Shown here: piece after piece, positions 8,480 through 18,075 of the stretch | Position numbering within the stretch: position 1 is the first letter of the stretch | How the letters are laid out: every line of letters starts with the position of its first letter | NCBI GenBank assembly: GCA_014894395.1 | Contig: JADBLO010000065.1 | Location: forward strand, 3,840-67,839 | Direction of reading: 5' to 3' | Source: Thermoplasmata archaeon | GTDB taxonomy: Archaea > Thermoplasmatota > E2 > DHVEG-1 | DNA: 64,000 bases | Notes under the pieces: generated by a model | What the model was told of the DNA's origin: nothing | Database searches by the model: none | Seen by the model: the letters and a program-made list of their open reading frames with translations, nothing else | Made by a program: the position numbers and the translations under genes

Positions 8480-9508
8480 TTATTTCGGTGGTACCTCAAA
8501 ACTCCATCGAACTGAATCGCCATTAGAGATTAAACATTTGTCAGCACCAATGTTTGGGAGCTGGCCATTCACGTAGTATTGCCAGTATTTTCCATCGGTT
8601 CCACCAGCTGCATTATTGATGGAATTGATTAACGTGGAATCAAACTGTGCGTAGTAGGTCGAAGTAACAGTAAATCCATTTTTCACTGAGCACCGCTCCA
8701 ACAAGGAAAACGCAGTGTCTTCCTTATAGGCAACAAGATTATCGCTGATGGTCCATCCATCGCCGAAGATTTCGATTCGTACACTGGTTTGATCGGATTT
8801 CTCGAGCCAAATTTCACTTTTTTCAGGAACCTTCATTGCAGTCCCCGTGAATGAGAGCGCCACAAGACCGAGGACGAGGAGCACCGCGGGAACCTTATGA
8901 ACCATCTTTATCTTGAAAGGTTGGATATTTTTGTTCTTTCGTGCGACATACGTCAGAACAGGAACTGCGATGGCGACAAACGTGACCACGCCAGAGATCA
9001 TATGGTAGACCATGAACGGCAGTCCCGCGGTAAACACCGCGACAAGAGACGGTGCATCATGGGGGTACATCAGGTACCACCAACCAAGGTTTGTCCACAC
9101 ATCATACAGTAAGACAAATCCAACACCAAGTCCGGCAGCAAGACCAACGGTCTTGAGACGCAGCTGTCCTAGTCCACTCCATAGTCGTTCTTTGTTAAAT
9201 AGATTGATGAGTGCAATGATGGCAAACCCCGAGTATGTAAATAATACGATTCTGTTCATTTGATTTCCCACAAAAATCGGGTTTCCAATCAGTAAATCAC
9301 TTCCGATCATGCTTACAAGGGGGACAACTAACGCCAGGGGCGATCGCATTACCATCACTGCCAGAAACGTCACGACCATTATGACTTCAAAGTTAGGAAA
9401 CGGCTGTACTCCCATTCCAAAAAGGACATACCGTCCGATTGTTCCAAAAAGTATAAGTCCTATCATGATTATCAATTGCTGTAGATTCGTCTGATTTTTT
9501 ATGTTCAT
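8480..9508 (-). CDS. ECF-type S-component-like membrane protein fused to a C-terminal DUF4430 (transcobalamin-like) domain; possible corrinoid uptake
   Basis: N-terminal ~6-7 TM with R...PFPNF, SD, YDVWTN.GWW and AGLPF motifs. C-terminal TAFSLL...INSIN...YWQYYVNG...GAD...GD.VRW. Confidence 0.7.
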   Translation of the reverse strand: MNIKNQTNLQQLIIMIGLILFGTIGRYVLFGMGVQPFPNFEVIMVVTFLAVMVMRSPLALVVPLVSMIGSDLLIGNPIFVGNQMNRIVLFTYSGFAIIALINLFNKERLWSGLGQLRLKTVGLAAGLGVGFVLLYDVWTNLGWWYLMYPHDAPSLVAVFTAGLPFMVYHMISGVVTFVAIAVPVLTYVARKNKNIQPFKIKMVHKVPAVLLVLGLVALSFTGTAMKVPEKSEIWLEKSDQTSVRIEIFGDGWTISDNLVAYKEDTAFSLLERCSVKNGFTVTSTYYAQFDSTLINSINNAAGGTDGKYWQYYVNGQLPNIGADKCLISNGDSVRWSFEVPPK

Positions 9509-9565
9509 AATGATGTTCTCCCTTTTTGTATGGAATACAATACTACGTATAAGATTTTTGTTTTA

Positions 9566-10846
9566 TTACAGAATATCGCCTTTTACCGCTCGACAGGTGG
9601 CGATCAGCTTTTCTTTTATTTTTTCATTACATTCGACTTCCACGGTGATAACCTCGCTGTAGGTGATTTTTATGACCTGGGTTTTTTCATACAGTTGAGA
9701 GATAAACGCGTGCGATTTTTCCTCAAGGGGCAGTTGAAACGTTATCTTCACCATGTGGGGTAACGAATCGTAAATCGTCTGGAGCAACACCTCGATGTGT
9801 TTGTTTTCTTTCACAGAAATATCAACAAAGACATGGTCATCAATGATGCCGGTTTGATCCAGATGCTCTCGGAGCGTATTGAGGGATTCATTATCGATCA
9901 GATCGATTTTATTTAACGCGATGATGATCGGCGCACCCACACCGATATTTCGTAATTCATTCAACGAAACGCGGAGTTTTTTTTCAACGACTTCCTTTGC
10001 TTCACTGCCGTCCACTACCAAGATGACGACGTCAGCAAACTCAATTTCCTCAAGTGTGGAGTGGAATGCATCGATGATGCAAGCGGGAAGGTTCTCGATA
10101 AAACCGACGGTGTCGGTGAGGAGGATTGGGATTTTTTTTTCTTTGTTTTTTGCGGTAATGCTTCGAGTTGTTGTTGACAAGGTGGAAAATAGTTGTTCTT
10201 CCACTTTCACTTTTTCTCCTGAAAGTAGGTTCATCAGGCTGCTTTTCCCTGCGTTGGTGTACCCGGCAAGGGAGGTAGAGTAGAATCCGCTTTTTGATCT
10301 GGTTTGTCTCTGTAGCTCTCTGTTTTCTCTGATTTTTTGGAGATCTTCTCCGATTTTTTTTGTTTGTCGTTTAATCATCTCATAGTAGTCATCAACCTGG
10401 TACTCTCCTCCTGCCATGAAACCAGGGTGTTCTCCTGCTTTTGCCCGGTGAATCAGCTCTCGGACATATGGTCGCTCGTATTGCAATTGCGCGAGTTTTA
10501 CTTGGAGGAGAGCTTCCCGTCGTTCCGCGTGTTCTTCGAAGATAGCAAGAATGAGCCGGACGCGGTCATAGACCTTGGTCTCAAGCTTTTTTTCCAGGGC
10601 GAACCATTGAGATGGTTTGAGTTCCCCATTTACGATTACGAGATCGAATGATTCTTCTGCATCCTCAAAGTACTCTTTAATTTCGTCTACTTTTCCGCAC
10701 CCAATATAAAAGTTCACATCCGGGTTTTCTCTATGTTGGATAAACTCTTTCAGAACAGTATATCCTAGGGTATCTGCCAGTTGAACAATCTCTGAAGTTG
10801 AATCATCAAGCGATATGAGAATCGCATTCTTCTGTTTCGTGTTCAT
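9566..10846 (-). CDS. hflX: GTPase HflX
   Basis: GYTNAGKSS, LFSTL, DTVGFI, NKID, N-terminal HflX domain (DRVRLILAIF...EALLQVKLAQL). Start moved to MNTKQK. Confidence 0.95.
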   Translation of the reverse strand: MNTKQKNAILISLDDSTSEIVQLADTLGYTVLKEFIQHRENPDVNFYIGCGKVDEIKEYFEDAEESFDLVIVNGELKPSQWFALEKKLETKVYDRVRLILAIFEEHAERREALLQVKLAQLQYERPYVRELIHRAKAGEHPGFMAGGEYQVDDYYEMIKRQTKKIGEDLQKIRENRELQRQTRSKSGFYSTSLAGYTNAGKSSLMNLLSGEKVKVEEQLFSTLSTTTRSITAKNKEKKIPILLTDTVGFIENLPACIIDAFHSTLEEIEFADVVILVVDGSEAKEVVEKKLRVSLNELRNIGVGAPIIIALNKIDLIDNESLNTLREHLDQTGIIDDHVFVDISVKENKHIEVLLQTIYDSLPHMVKITFQLPLEEKSHAFISQLYEKTQVIKITYSEVITVEVECNEKIKEKLIATCRAVKGDIL

Positions 10847-11015
10847 TTTTTCTGAAAAGAATAACGTTCCTTTCTTCTTTAATTTTTGGCAAGAAAAAAT
10901 AGATCTGTTGGTAGGGATCGGTTTTTGGAAAAAGCCATGAAAGATGCAAATAGAACTGTTAAAATGACACAAAGTTTAAATATGTGCTATGCTATTGCAT
11001 AGCATTGATAGTACT

Positions 11016-11204
11016 ATGGAAATTATAGCGTGCCCACTCTGCGGGAGTAAAAATACTCATTCTTTGATCGTAGGAAATTCAGCTCTACCATATTTTGCAA
11101 GCGGATATGCTTGTGAAGATTGCGTTTTCAAAGGTGTCCCCCTCATATTTGCCACGGAAAAGATATACCAAAATTTCTTGGATTTACAGAAAAATATGAA
11201 ATAA
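11016..11204 (+). CDS. Small Zn-ribbon protein
   Basis: CPLCGS...YACEDC.F.G; TATA-like TTTAAATA at 10975. Confidence 0.65.
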   Translation: MEIIACPLCGSKNTHSLIVGNSALPYFASGYACEDCVFKGVPLIFATEKIYQNFLDLQKNMK

Positions 11205-11356
11205 GGTCTGTACCCTTATTTCCTTTCAGAAAAGGAGGAAAGGTATCATTCTTCATAAGGATCCCCTTTCTGTTTTTCCCTTTCCTCCCCGACATCCCAT
11301 ACCCACTTTTTAATTGAACTTTCTGTTCCAAAGGATAGTTATATTAAGGAGAATAA

Positions 11357-11380
11357 TGTTATAAAATCATACAATGGGGG
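11357..11380 (+). promoter_or_regulatory. Shared leader element TGTTATAAAATCATACAATGGGGG
   Basis: Variant of the element at 35083 and 38204, lying between a TATA-like box and the start codon. Confidence 0.6.
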
Positions 11381-11387
11381 AAAAGTC

Positions 11388-11867
11388 ATGGAAAATCCAC
11401 GTATAAAGAAAGGATTGGGGGTTACAGTCGTTTTATTGTTTTTGTCGATAACATGTCTCCCGATTGTTAATGCAAGTGAGGGGAAACCGGATTTGATTAT
11501 CGAAAATATCACCATAGAACCAGGAACTCAAATATATACGGAAGAATGTTATTGTAAGATAAAAAATATTGGTGATTCTCCCGCAGGTGATGAAATCGAA
11601 GTACGAATAATCGTGAAGCGAAAACCGTTAGGCATCTTTCCTGCTCTTTTTACCGTATATTCAGATACATCCACGCATGGTATCCCTGGGGGTCTTCCAC
11701 CAGGAAAATCCATAAATTTATATTTAGCACCTTGTGAGATTCTACCTAAATTTGGTTTTTTCAAATTCAGTTGCACGGTGAATCCTTTGAGAAAAATCGA
11801 AGAAAGTAACTATAATAACAACGACCTTGCAAAGAATTTTTTCACTGTTTTTGGTATTTGGATTTAA
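11388..11867 (+). CDS. Secreted CARDB/Ig-like domain protein
   Basis: Signal peptide; PDLII...IKNIG...VNP...IEESNYNNN. Confidence 0.8.
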   Translation: MENPRIKKGLGVTVVLLFLSITCLPIVNASEGKPDLIIENITIEPGTQIYTEECYCKIKNIGDSPAGDEIEVRIIVKRKPLGIFPALFTVYSDTSTHGIPGGLPPGKSINLYLAPCEILPKFGFFKFSCTVNPLRKIEESNYNNNDLAKNFFTVFGIWI

Positions 11868-11909
11868 ATTGAATGAAAAAATATCATTAAAATCATAGGG
11901 GGAAACCAT

Positions 11910-12536
11910 ATACAAAAAAGTTCTCTGATTGGAGTAAGTATCTGTGCTGTGGTTCTTCTTGTTCTTGGTTCATTGACCAATGTTGTAGGGTATCAACAAG
12001 TTCAATCAACTGCGGTGAATGATTCTCCTTTATTTAGAACAAGAACACAGAAAGCCACCAATGAACAACAGAACATCTTAACGTCTCATTACCTTGGAAA
12101 GGGAAAAGATACTCTCTTGCAATTCCCAATTAAAGATAACACAAATGTATTACTGAAAAACATTTTCGAATCAATTAAAAAAATGGATGGTGCAACCTTT
12201 CAGAGATTTCTCGTTCTATTAAAACAGCGTTTGAAAGAAACAACATCCTTGAATGAAATGCAATTACTTGAAATAAACAATGGATTCACTAAAATAAGAA
12301 AACAAGCTGATATACGACTTCTGTCGCCATCTCAAGAACCTCCTACTATTTGGGGATGTTTTACTATTGACAGAGTTGAATGTTTAAAACAGCTTATAGG
12401 ACTTGCTATAATAATAGTAGGTATAATTATTTTGTTTATAATTTTTCTTCCTTTGAATATTATAATTGAAATTATATCTAAGATATTCCACTGGGATTAT
12501 ACTACAATTCTTTATTGTGATTTTACTCCTTCATAA
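11910..12536 (+). CDS. Secreted/membrane-anchored hypothetical protein (ATA or GTG start)
   Basis: The hydrophobic signal continues in frame upstream of GTG 11949 to ATA 11910, 7 nt after GGGGG. C-terminal TM segment. Confidence 0.7.
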   Translation: MQKSSLIGVSICAVVLLVLGSLTNVVGYQQVQSTAVNDSPLFRTRTQKATNEQQNILTSHYLGKGKDTLLQFPIKDNTNVLLKNIFESIKKMDGATFQRFLVLLKQRLKETTSLNEMQLLEINNGFTKIRKQADIRLLSPSQEPPTIWGCFTIDRVECLKQLIGLAIIIVGIIILFIIFLPLNIIIEIISKIFHWDYTTILYCDFTPS

Positions 12537-12599
12537 CCCTAATGATTGTCATTGCTTATGAATCAGGCAAAAAGAGAAAGTATGAAAGAGGAAAAATCA

Positions 12600-13622
12600 A
12601 TGAAAAGGAAAGGTTTGGCGGTTGGAATCATTCTCTTATTCATTGGAACCTGTATCATTTCAACAGTTGCACAGGATACTGAGAAACCACTACCGGCATC
12701 AAGAGGAAATTGGTTGTATGTTGGTGGGAGCGGATCAGGAAATTATTCAACAATACAAGATGCAATTGATAATTCCAGCAATGGAGATACGGTCTATGTA
12801 TACAATGGAACTTACTACGAACATGTCGAAATAGATAAATCAATTACATTAATCGGAGAAAATAACAATCAAATTATAGAGAATATCATTCTTGATAATT
12901 TAAATGGTATCGATTTACATTATTCCAACAATAATTTCATTTTCAAAAATCATATCTCCGGTGGCGATTGTGGTATCGGAGTCGATAGTTCATCCAATAA
13001 TCAGATTACTGAAAATACTATAGAAGGCATTTACAACTTCGGCATTGATATATACGGGATGTTTTCTCGTAACAATATTATTTCTAAGAATCATATCGAA
13101 CACAACGGCTTTGGAATTCAACTCGGGTGGCAGTGCTATAATACTATTATTACCGGGAATGAAATAATCCAGAATACATACCAGGCAATTCTGTTAATTT
13201 TTTCATCATATGCTAATATAACGAACAATACTCTTATTGGAAATGCATGGGGAATCCATATATGGGATTCATCAAATAATACAATTATTTTAAGAAATAC
13301 TATTCAAAGAAACTGGTATGGAATAGAATTAGAAACCAATTCTACAATTGTAAGTCAAAATACTATTAAAGATAATGTCGGTTATGGCCTTCTTCTACTA
13401 GGGGGATTTAATACAAAAATTGATCGTAATAATTTCATTAATAACAAAATTCAAGCATTTTTTTATGGTCGATTTAATACTATATGGAATGAAAATTATT
13501 GGAACCGAACAAGATTTTTTCCAAAAATCATATTTGGGAAATTAAACGAAGATAGCATATTTTATAATGTGATAAATATCGATTGGCATCCGGCGAAAAA
13601 ACCCTATGATATCGGAGTATGA
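12600..13622 (+). CDS. Secreted right-handed beta-helix (NosD/CASH) protein
   Basis: Signal peptide, LYVGGSG..NY.TIQDAID, Asn-rich PbH1 repeats, N.W..NYW, DWHPA..PYDI. Confidence 0.88.
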   Translation: MKRKGLAVGIILLFIGTCIISTVAQDTEKPLPASRGNWLYVGGSGSGNYSTIQDAIDNSSNGDTVYVYNGTYYEHVEIDKSITLIGENNNQIIENIILDNLNGIDLHYSNNNFIFKNHISGGDCGIGVDSSSNNQITENTIEGIYNFGIDIYGMFSRNNIISKNHIEHNGFGIQLGWQCYNTIITGNEIIQNTYQAILLIFSSYANITNNTLIGNAWGIHIWDSSNNTIILRNTIQRNWYGIELETNSTIVSQNTIKDNVGYGLLLLGGFNTKIDRNNFINNKIQAFFYGRFNTIWNENYWNRTRFFPKIIFGKLNEDSIFYNVINIDWHPAKKPYDIGV

Positions 13623-13628
13623 TGGAGA

Positions 13629-14441
13629 ATGAAAGATACTTGGGTGAAGAAAGGACTTGTTGTTTCTATTATTCTTTTATTCATCGGTGTTGCTATTGCA
13701 CCAAGCATCAACTTCACTGTCGTAAAAGCATCCAATGACAACGACCTTGTAGAAGTGACTACCCAAGCGTGTGGTATCAATGGATTTGGAAATACTACGG
13801 TAAAACTCACTAAACAGCAATACCAGGATTTACAGAATTACCTGGTTGATTTCAGGGCACAATTAAACGATACTACAACAAGGGAGGAAGCAGTTCCTAT
13901 CTTCAAGGAAGCAGTTGTAGAGTTGAACAAGTATGGGTTGTTGCCGAAGGGAATGGGTGTTGAACAAGTGCAGAAACTAGTAACTGGACAGTTTTCCAAT
14001 CAAAGATACTTTAATACCATAATGAAATTGTTGACAGGAAAACAAAGAAATTTTACTAAAAATGAAAACTGGTGTTGTTCATTCCTTAGTCAAACAAATT
14101 TTATGCTTGTGGATTGTCTAATCTGGACATTGTTTGGCGGCGGCTTTTTAAACGGTTTAGCAAATGAATTATATAATTTAAAAAAATTCTTCATATGGCG
14201 TCCTATCCGATTTTGTATAGTCTGGCCTAAGAGAGATGGTTGGGTGAATACTATTGGACTAAATGGCTTTAAATCTTGGAATGGTAATCTGATTGGATTG
14301 TTAGGCGGCTCACACATTGGGAATGATACGGGAGTTATTGGATTTACAGGAATAAAAATTGGAAATGGTAATACTATGTATACGTGGCTAATTGGAACAG
14401 CGTATCATGTGAAAATAAATTATACAGATTATGTACCATAA
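13629..14441 (+). CDS. Secreted hypothetical protein
   Basis: Signal peptide KKGLVVSIILLFIGVAIAPS; C-terminal GVIGFTGIKI; 270 aa. Confidence 0.75.
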   Translation: MKDTWVKKGLVVSIILLFIGVAIAPSINFTVVKASNDNDLVEVTTQACGINGFGNTTVKLTKQQYQDLQNYLVDFRAQLNDTTTREEAVPIFKEAVVELNKYGLLPKGMGVEQVQKLVTGQFSNQRYFNTIMKLLTGKQRNFTKNENWCCSFLSQTNFMLVDCLIWTLFGGGFLNGLANELYNLKKFFIWRPIRFCIVWPKRDGWVNTIGLNGFKSWNGNLIGLLGGSHIGNDTGVIGFTGIKIGNGNTMYTWLIGTAYHVKINYTDYVP

Positions 14442-14575
14442 ATGAAATATGAGGTAAAATTATCATTATTATTTATTAAAAAGAGACCGCATGAAATTGT
14501 AGATTCATGCATTGTGAGAGCTTCCCACAAAAATGATTGAGTTTTATATACTACGGAAAAAAGAAAAAAACCTCC

Positions 14576-15226
14576 TTATTTTTTCTTATTAAACCCGTTC
14601 CGAAACCATCGTAATGTAATATGGAAGCGTTGAATCGCGGTGATGTTTCCAACAACTGCAAAATAAATCAGCACCCATTCGATAATGGTTGTGTTCCAGG
14701 GCAATTGAAGCGAAGAGCGAAGCGCAATATGTTGGATAATCGGGAATACGATGAGCAGTGCGAGTCGATCCGCCCGTCCTAACAAGCCTGAGTAATCACG
14801 TTTATAGCCGATTGCTTGTGCTTGTGTCCCCATATAACTGGTCAGTAACATGCCGATGATTGCAAGCAATCCAATAGGAGGTCGGCACCAAGAGCTCAGT
14901 GCAAGTGCACCAACCATGAATACGTCCGCGTACCGATCAAGTGCGTGATCGAGGAAATCTCCCCGTGCCGATGCCTTGTTTGTTAATTTTGCAACCTTTC
15001 CGTCGATTGCATCAAACAGGCCGTTGAGTAAGACAAACAGGGCAGCAAAAAATAAAAAGAAGTTCTGTAACTCACTTGATGGATTTGAGAAATAAAAAAA
15101 ACCTCCCGCGATCAGAGAGAAAAGAAGTGCAAACCACGTGAGGATATCAGGATTAATATGCGTGAAGTGCTTCGCTATCATGGTCAGGAATGGATCTACT
15201 TTCCCTCGTGTTCTATCCAATACCAT
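14576..15226 (-). CDS. CDP-alcohol phosphatidyltransferase (archaetidyl-inositol-phosphate/glycerophosphate synthase type)
   Basis: DAIDGKVA...GDFLDHALDRYAD signature. Confidence 0.92.
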   Translation of the reverse strand: MVLDRTRGKVDPFLTMIAKHFTHINPDILTWFALLFSLIAGGFFYFSNPSSELQNFFLFFAALFVLLNGLFDAIDGKVAKLTNKASARGDFLDHALDRYADVFMVGALALSSWCRPPIGLLAIIGMLLTSYMGTQAQAIGYKRDYSGLLGRADRLALLIVFPIIQHIALRSSLQLPWNTTIIEWVLIYFAVVGNITAIQRFHITLRWFRNGFNKKK

Positions 15227-15234
15227 ATCTGCTC

Positions 15235-15789
15235 CTATGATGGAAAACCTTCGAGGATTTCCTCTGACCAATCAATCAGTCCTATACTATATGTTTTTGT
15301 CGGTTGAAAGTTCTTCTTCGCAATCTTCAAGATTGATGCGGCAACCTCTTCGATGGTTTTTTTGGTTGTATCAATCTCAAAAATATTCTTCTTGGGGTGT
15401 AGTTCCACTGCTTCGCAGAGAATCACATCTATGGTTTCTGCGTCTATGTTTTCCTGTATTTTTTGATTGTTCCATTTTTTTTTCATTAACCTTTTTTTTA
15501 GTTCTTTGGGATGGCAACGGAGAATAATCACTTTTTCCATTGTTTTGAGAAGATGCGCAACATGTCCTTCGAAAAAAACAAGGTCGTTTGTGGTGAAGTT
15601 CTTCTTGATGTATTTGTGTAACTTGTCCATGTCAATGAGCTGTGAGTTTCTTTTCTTGTCAATCCCGTCAGTGCATCTGTTCTGTATAGCAAGCTCGTGC
15701 AATCGAACAATGGTATATCCTTGTTTCTGGAGCAGTGTCGCAACCGCGCTTTTTCCGGTTCCTGGGGTGCCGGTGAGTGCGACCAGCAT
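15235..15789 (-). CDS. Adenylate kinase AK6/Fap7 family
   Basis: ALTGTPGTGKS, FFEGH, LRCHP..L..RL, KI.EN..AE. Confidence 0.9.
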   Translation of the reverse strand: MLVALTGTPGTGKSAVATLLQKQGYTIVRLHELAIQNRCTDGIDKKRNSQLIDMDKLHKYIKKNFTTNDLVFFEGHVAHLLKTMEKVIILRCHPKELKKRLMKKKWNNQKIQENIDAETIDVILCEAVELHPKKNIFEIDTTKKTIEEVAASILKIAKKNFQPTKTYSIGLIDWSEEILEGFPS

Positions 15790-15790
15790 G

Positions 15791-17086
15791 TTAGATCAAC
15801 TTACGGTAGTCATATCCACGGAATCCTTCTTTGAAACAGTAGCAAAGCTCTTGGAAGTCTTTCCGGTATTCTTTCACGTCGCCTTTGATTTTCTTGGGGT
15901 TTTCTTTTTTCAGGAGCGCGCGTGCATAGAATGCTGCGACGTCATCCATTTCTTTTTCTTTCATCCCGATGCGGGTGAGCTCTGGTGTTCCAAGCCTGAG
16001 ACCTGAGGGGTTGAGTGGGTCGGAGTCGCCAGGGATCATGTTCATGTTGGTGACAATACCTGCTTTCTCAAGGATTTTCGATGCTTCTTTGCCTTTTCCC
16101 GGTCCGATTTCTACCAGGACTTGATGTGATTTGGTAAATCCGAGTTTTTCTCCGAAGACTTTGAAACCTTGTTCATGGAGCGCTTCTGCGAGGTGTTTCG
16201 CGTTCTTGATGGTTTGATCCGCGTACGCCTCCCCGAACTCGAGATGTTCAGCATAGGCAATTCCTTTTGCTGCAACATGGTGCAAGTGGTAGGATGAGGT
16301 AACACCGGGGAAGACCCCAAATCCCAGTTTTCGTAAGAAGGCTTTGTCATCCTCGTTGTCTGCTTTGTGATCTGAAAGAATCATCCCGCCTTGAGGGCCG
16401 GGCAGGGTTTTATGGGTGCTCCCAGTCATCACATCTGCTCCCTCTCTGAGTGGGTCTTGGAATTTTTTCCCACCAATGAGACCAAGCACATGGGCTGCAT
16501 CGTACACCACGTAGGCCCCGACTTCATGTGCTGCCTCCGCAATGGGTTTAAGTGGAGTCGGGAATAAGAAGACCGATTGCCCACACAATGCGAGTTTTGG
16601 TTTGACCTGTTTAATGAGTTTCACCGCACCATCAACATCTATGTTCATCTCCTCGTTGCTAAACGGGAATGAAATAAGGTTAATACCTCGGACTCCTGCA
16701 GCACCATATTTGCCAAACGAGATATGAGCACCATTCGCGGTATCAAGAACGGTCGCAGTCTCACCAGGTTTGATAAGTGCTTTTAACACGGCCAGGTTCG
16801 CGATGGTTCCTGAGGTTGGTCGCACATCAGCATAACTACATCGGAACAGTTTCTTTGCAAGCTCCATGGTTTTTTCTTCGACAAGGTCGAAGAACTTACA
16901 TCCTTCGTAGTACCGGTTTCCCGGGGTGCCTTCCGCGTAACGTCCATGAAAATCAGTAATCAGCATTTCTCGGCATAACGGTGAGAGGACATTTTCACTG
17001 GCGATCATCGGTAGAGAGTTGGCGAAAAACTCGTTGTTTTTCATCGCTTGTTTTCTGATATATTCAACGTCATCGTACCATTTCAT
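15791..17086 (-). CDS. glyA: Serine hydroxymethyltransferase
   Basis: IASEN, RYAEG, RYYEG, STHKTLPGPQGG (PLP Lys), SGLRLGT. GGTGA SD upstream of ATG 17086. Confidence 0.96.
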   Translation of the reverse strand: MKWYDDVEYIRKQAMKNNEFFANSLPMIASENVLSPLCREMLITDFHGRYAEGTPGNRYYEGCKFFDLVEEKTMELAKKLFRCSYADVRPTSGTIANLAVLKALIKPGETATVLDTANGAHISFGKYGAAGVRGINLISFPFSNEEMNIDVDGAVKLIKQVKPKLALCGQSVFLFPTPLKPIAEAAHEVGAYVVYDAAHVLGLIGGKKFQDPLREGADVMTGSTHKTLPGPQGGMILSDHKADNEDDKAFLRKLGFGVFPGVTSSYHLHHVAAKGIAYAEHLEFGEAYADQTIKNAKHLAEALHEQGFKVFGEKLGFTKSHQVLVEIGPGKGKEASKILEKAGIVTNMNMIPGDSDPLNPSGLRLGTPELTRIGMKEKEMDDVAAFYARALLKKENPKKIKGDVKEYRKDFQELCYCFKEGFRGYDYRKLI

Positions 17087-17159
17087 AGAATTCACCAAAA
17101 CTGTATCTTTGACTTCAATAAAAAGGTAATGGAAAACGTTTTCCTAGAGAAACCAGGAA

Positions 17160-17693
17160 CTATTTTTTCTTTTCATTACGCATTTTAAATAAAGACGGCA
17201 GATGAATCGTATAGGTTCCATCTTTTTGGATCACAATCGGTTCTTTCTCCAGGAGTCCTTTGAGGTCGATATGGTACTTCCCTGGTTGTTCCACCCCGAT
17301 AGTCTCTGGAGTATCTGAGTGATCTACCTCAGCGTTTATTTTTTCAATAATCGCTTTCCGTTGATCATCACTAATTGGTTCACCGAGGTTGATTTCCGCT
17401 GCTGGTTCTTCTTGTTCGATCTGGTCTTCGATCATCTTTCGTAGGTCTTTTGGTTTCAGCGTAATCCATGTCTCGGTACCCTTCAGCGTACCCTTGTTTT
17501 TTTCGACAGCAAACTCCATGATTCTAGTAGTGAGATCCTGACCGATCCCCTTACTCATGATGTCTCGTTCTGTTTCATTTAATGGTTGTTTCGTGAAAAA
17601 AAACCTGTTTCCCCCGCACCCTGGGCATCCTTTCAACAACTGCGAGGATCCTTCTTCGAAGACATGACCACATTTGAGACACTGATGTGGCAT
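17160..17693 (-). CDS. oapC: OapC Zn-ribbon protein
   Basis: MPHQCLKCG...GCPGCGGNRF, C-terminal ETI....G.Y.IDL..L...GTY.I.L. Confidence 0.85.
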   Translation of the reverse strand: MPHQCLKCGHVFEEGSSQLLKGCPGCGGNRFFFTKQPLNETERDIMSKGIGQDLTTRIMEFAVEKNKGTLKGTETWITLKPKDLRKMIEDQIEQEEPAAEINLGEPISDDQRKAIIEKINAEVDHSDTPETIGVEQPGKYHIDLKGLLEKEPIVIQKDGTYTIHLPSLFKMRNEKKK

Positions 17694-18070
17694 TAACTTG
17701 CTCCTTTCCCAGGAATGATCGTGGTCTCAATCATGTCATTATCTTTGTGTACCATCTTAAGGAGATGCGCTGGTCCGATCACGGTCATTCGGGGTTTTTT
17801 TGCCACGCCGAACACCCGCTGGAAGAACCCGACTTTTTCATTTTCGTATCCGCCGATCTCAATACCTATGAATGTATCATGGTTGATTTCTTTCATCGTA
17901 TGTTCAATGAGTTTTGCCTGTTCTGTTGGAGTCAGACCGTGTTCTAAGACAAGGATTCTTCCTTCTTTGACTTCATTTAAAATATACTTGAGTTTATCTG
18001 AGGAGGAAAGATGCTCAAGTTTCTGATGGGAGATCAGATTAAACGCGATCCCGCCGTCTTTTTTCGCCAT
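17693..18070 (-). CDS. oapB: OapB (DUF2073) protein
   Basis: LVLEHGLTP.EQ..LIE.TM.EI..D.F.GIEI, MTVIGPA. Confidence 0.88.
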   Translation of the reverse strand: MAKKDGGIAFNLISHQKLEHLSSSDKLKYILNEVKEGRILVLEHGLTPTEQAKLIEHTMKEINHDTFIGIEIGGYENEKVGFFQRVFGVAKKPRMTVIGPAHLLKMVHKDNDMIETTIIPGKGAS

Positions 18071-18075
18071 AGTTT

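Noticed and set aside
9509-9565. Cobalamin riboswitch upstream of the putative B12 transporter
   Set aside because: Only 57 bp are available and no B12-box is visible.
14488-14530. Two small hairpins between convergent genes
   Set aside because: Short stems in a convergent intergenic region, most simply terminator-associated or chance. No second copy was found.
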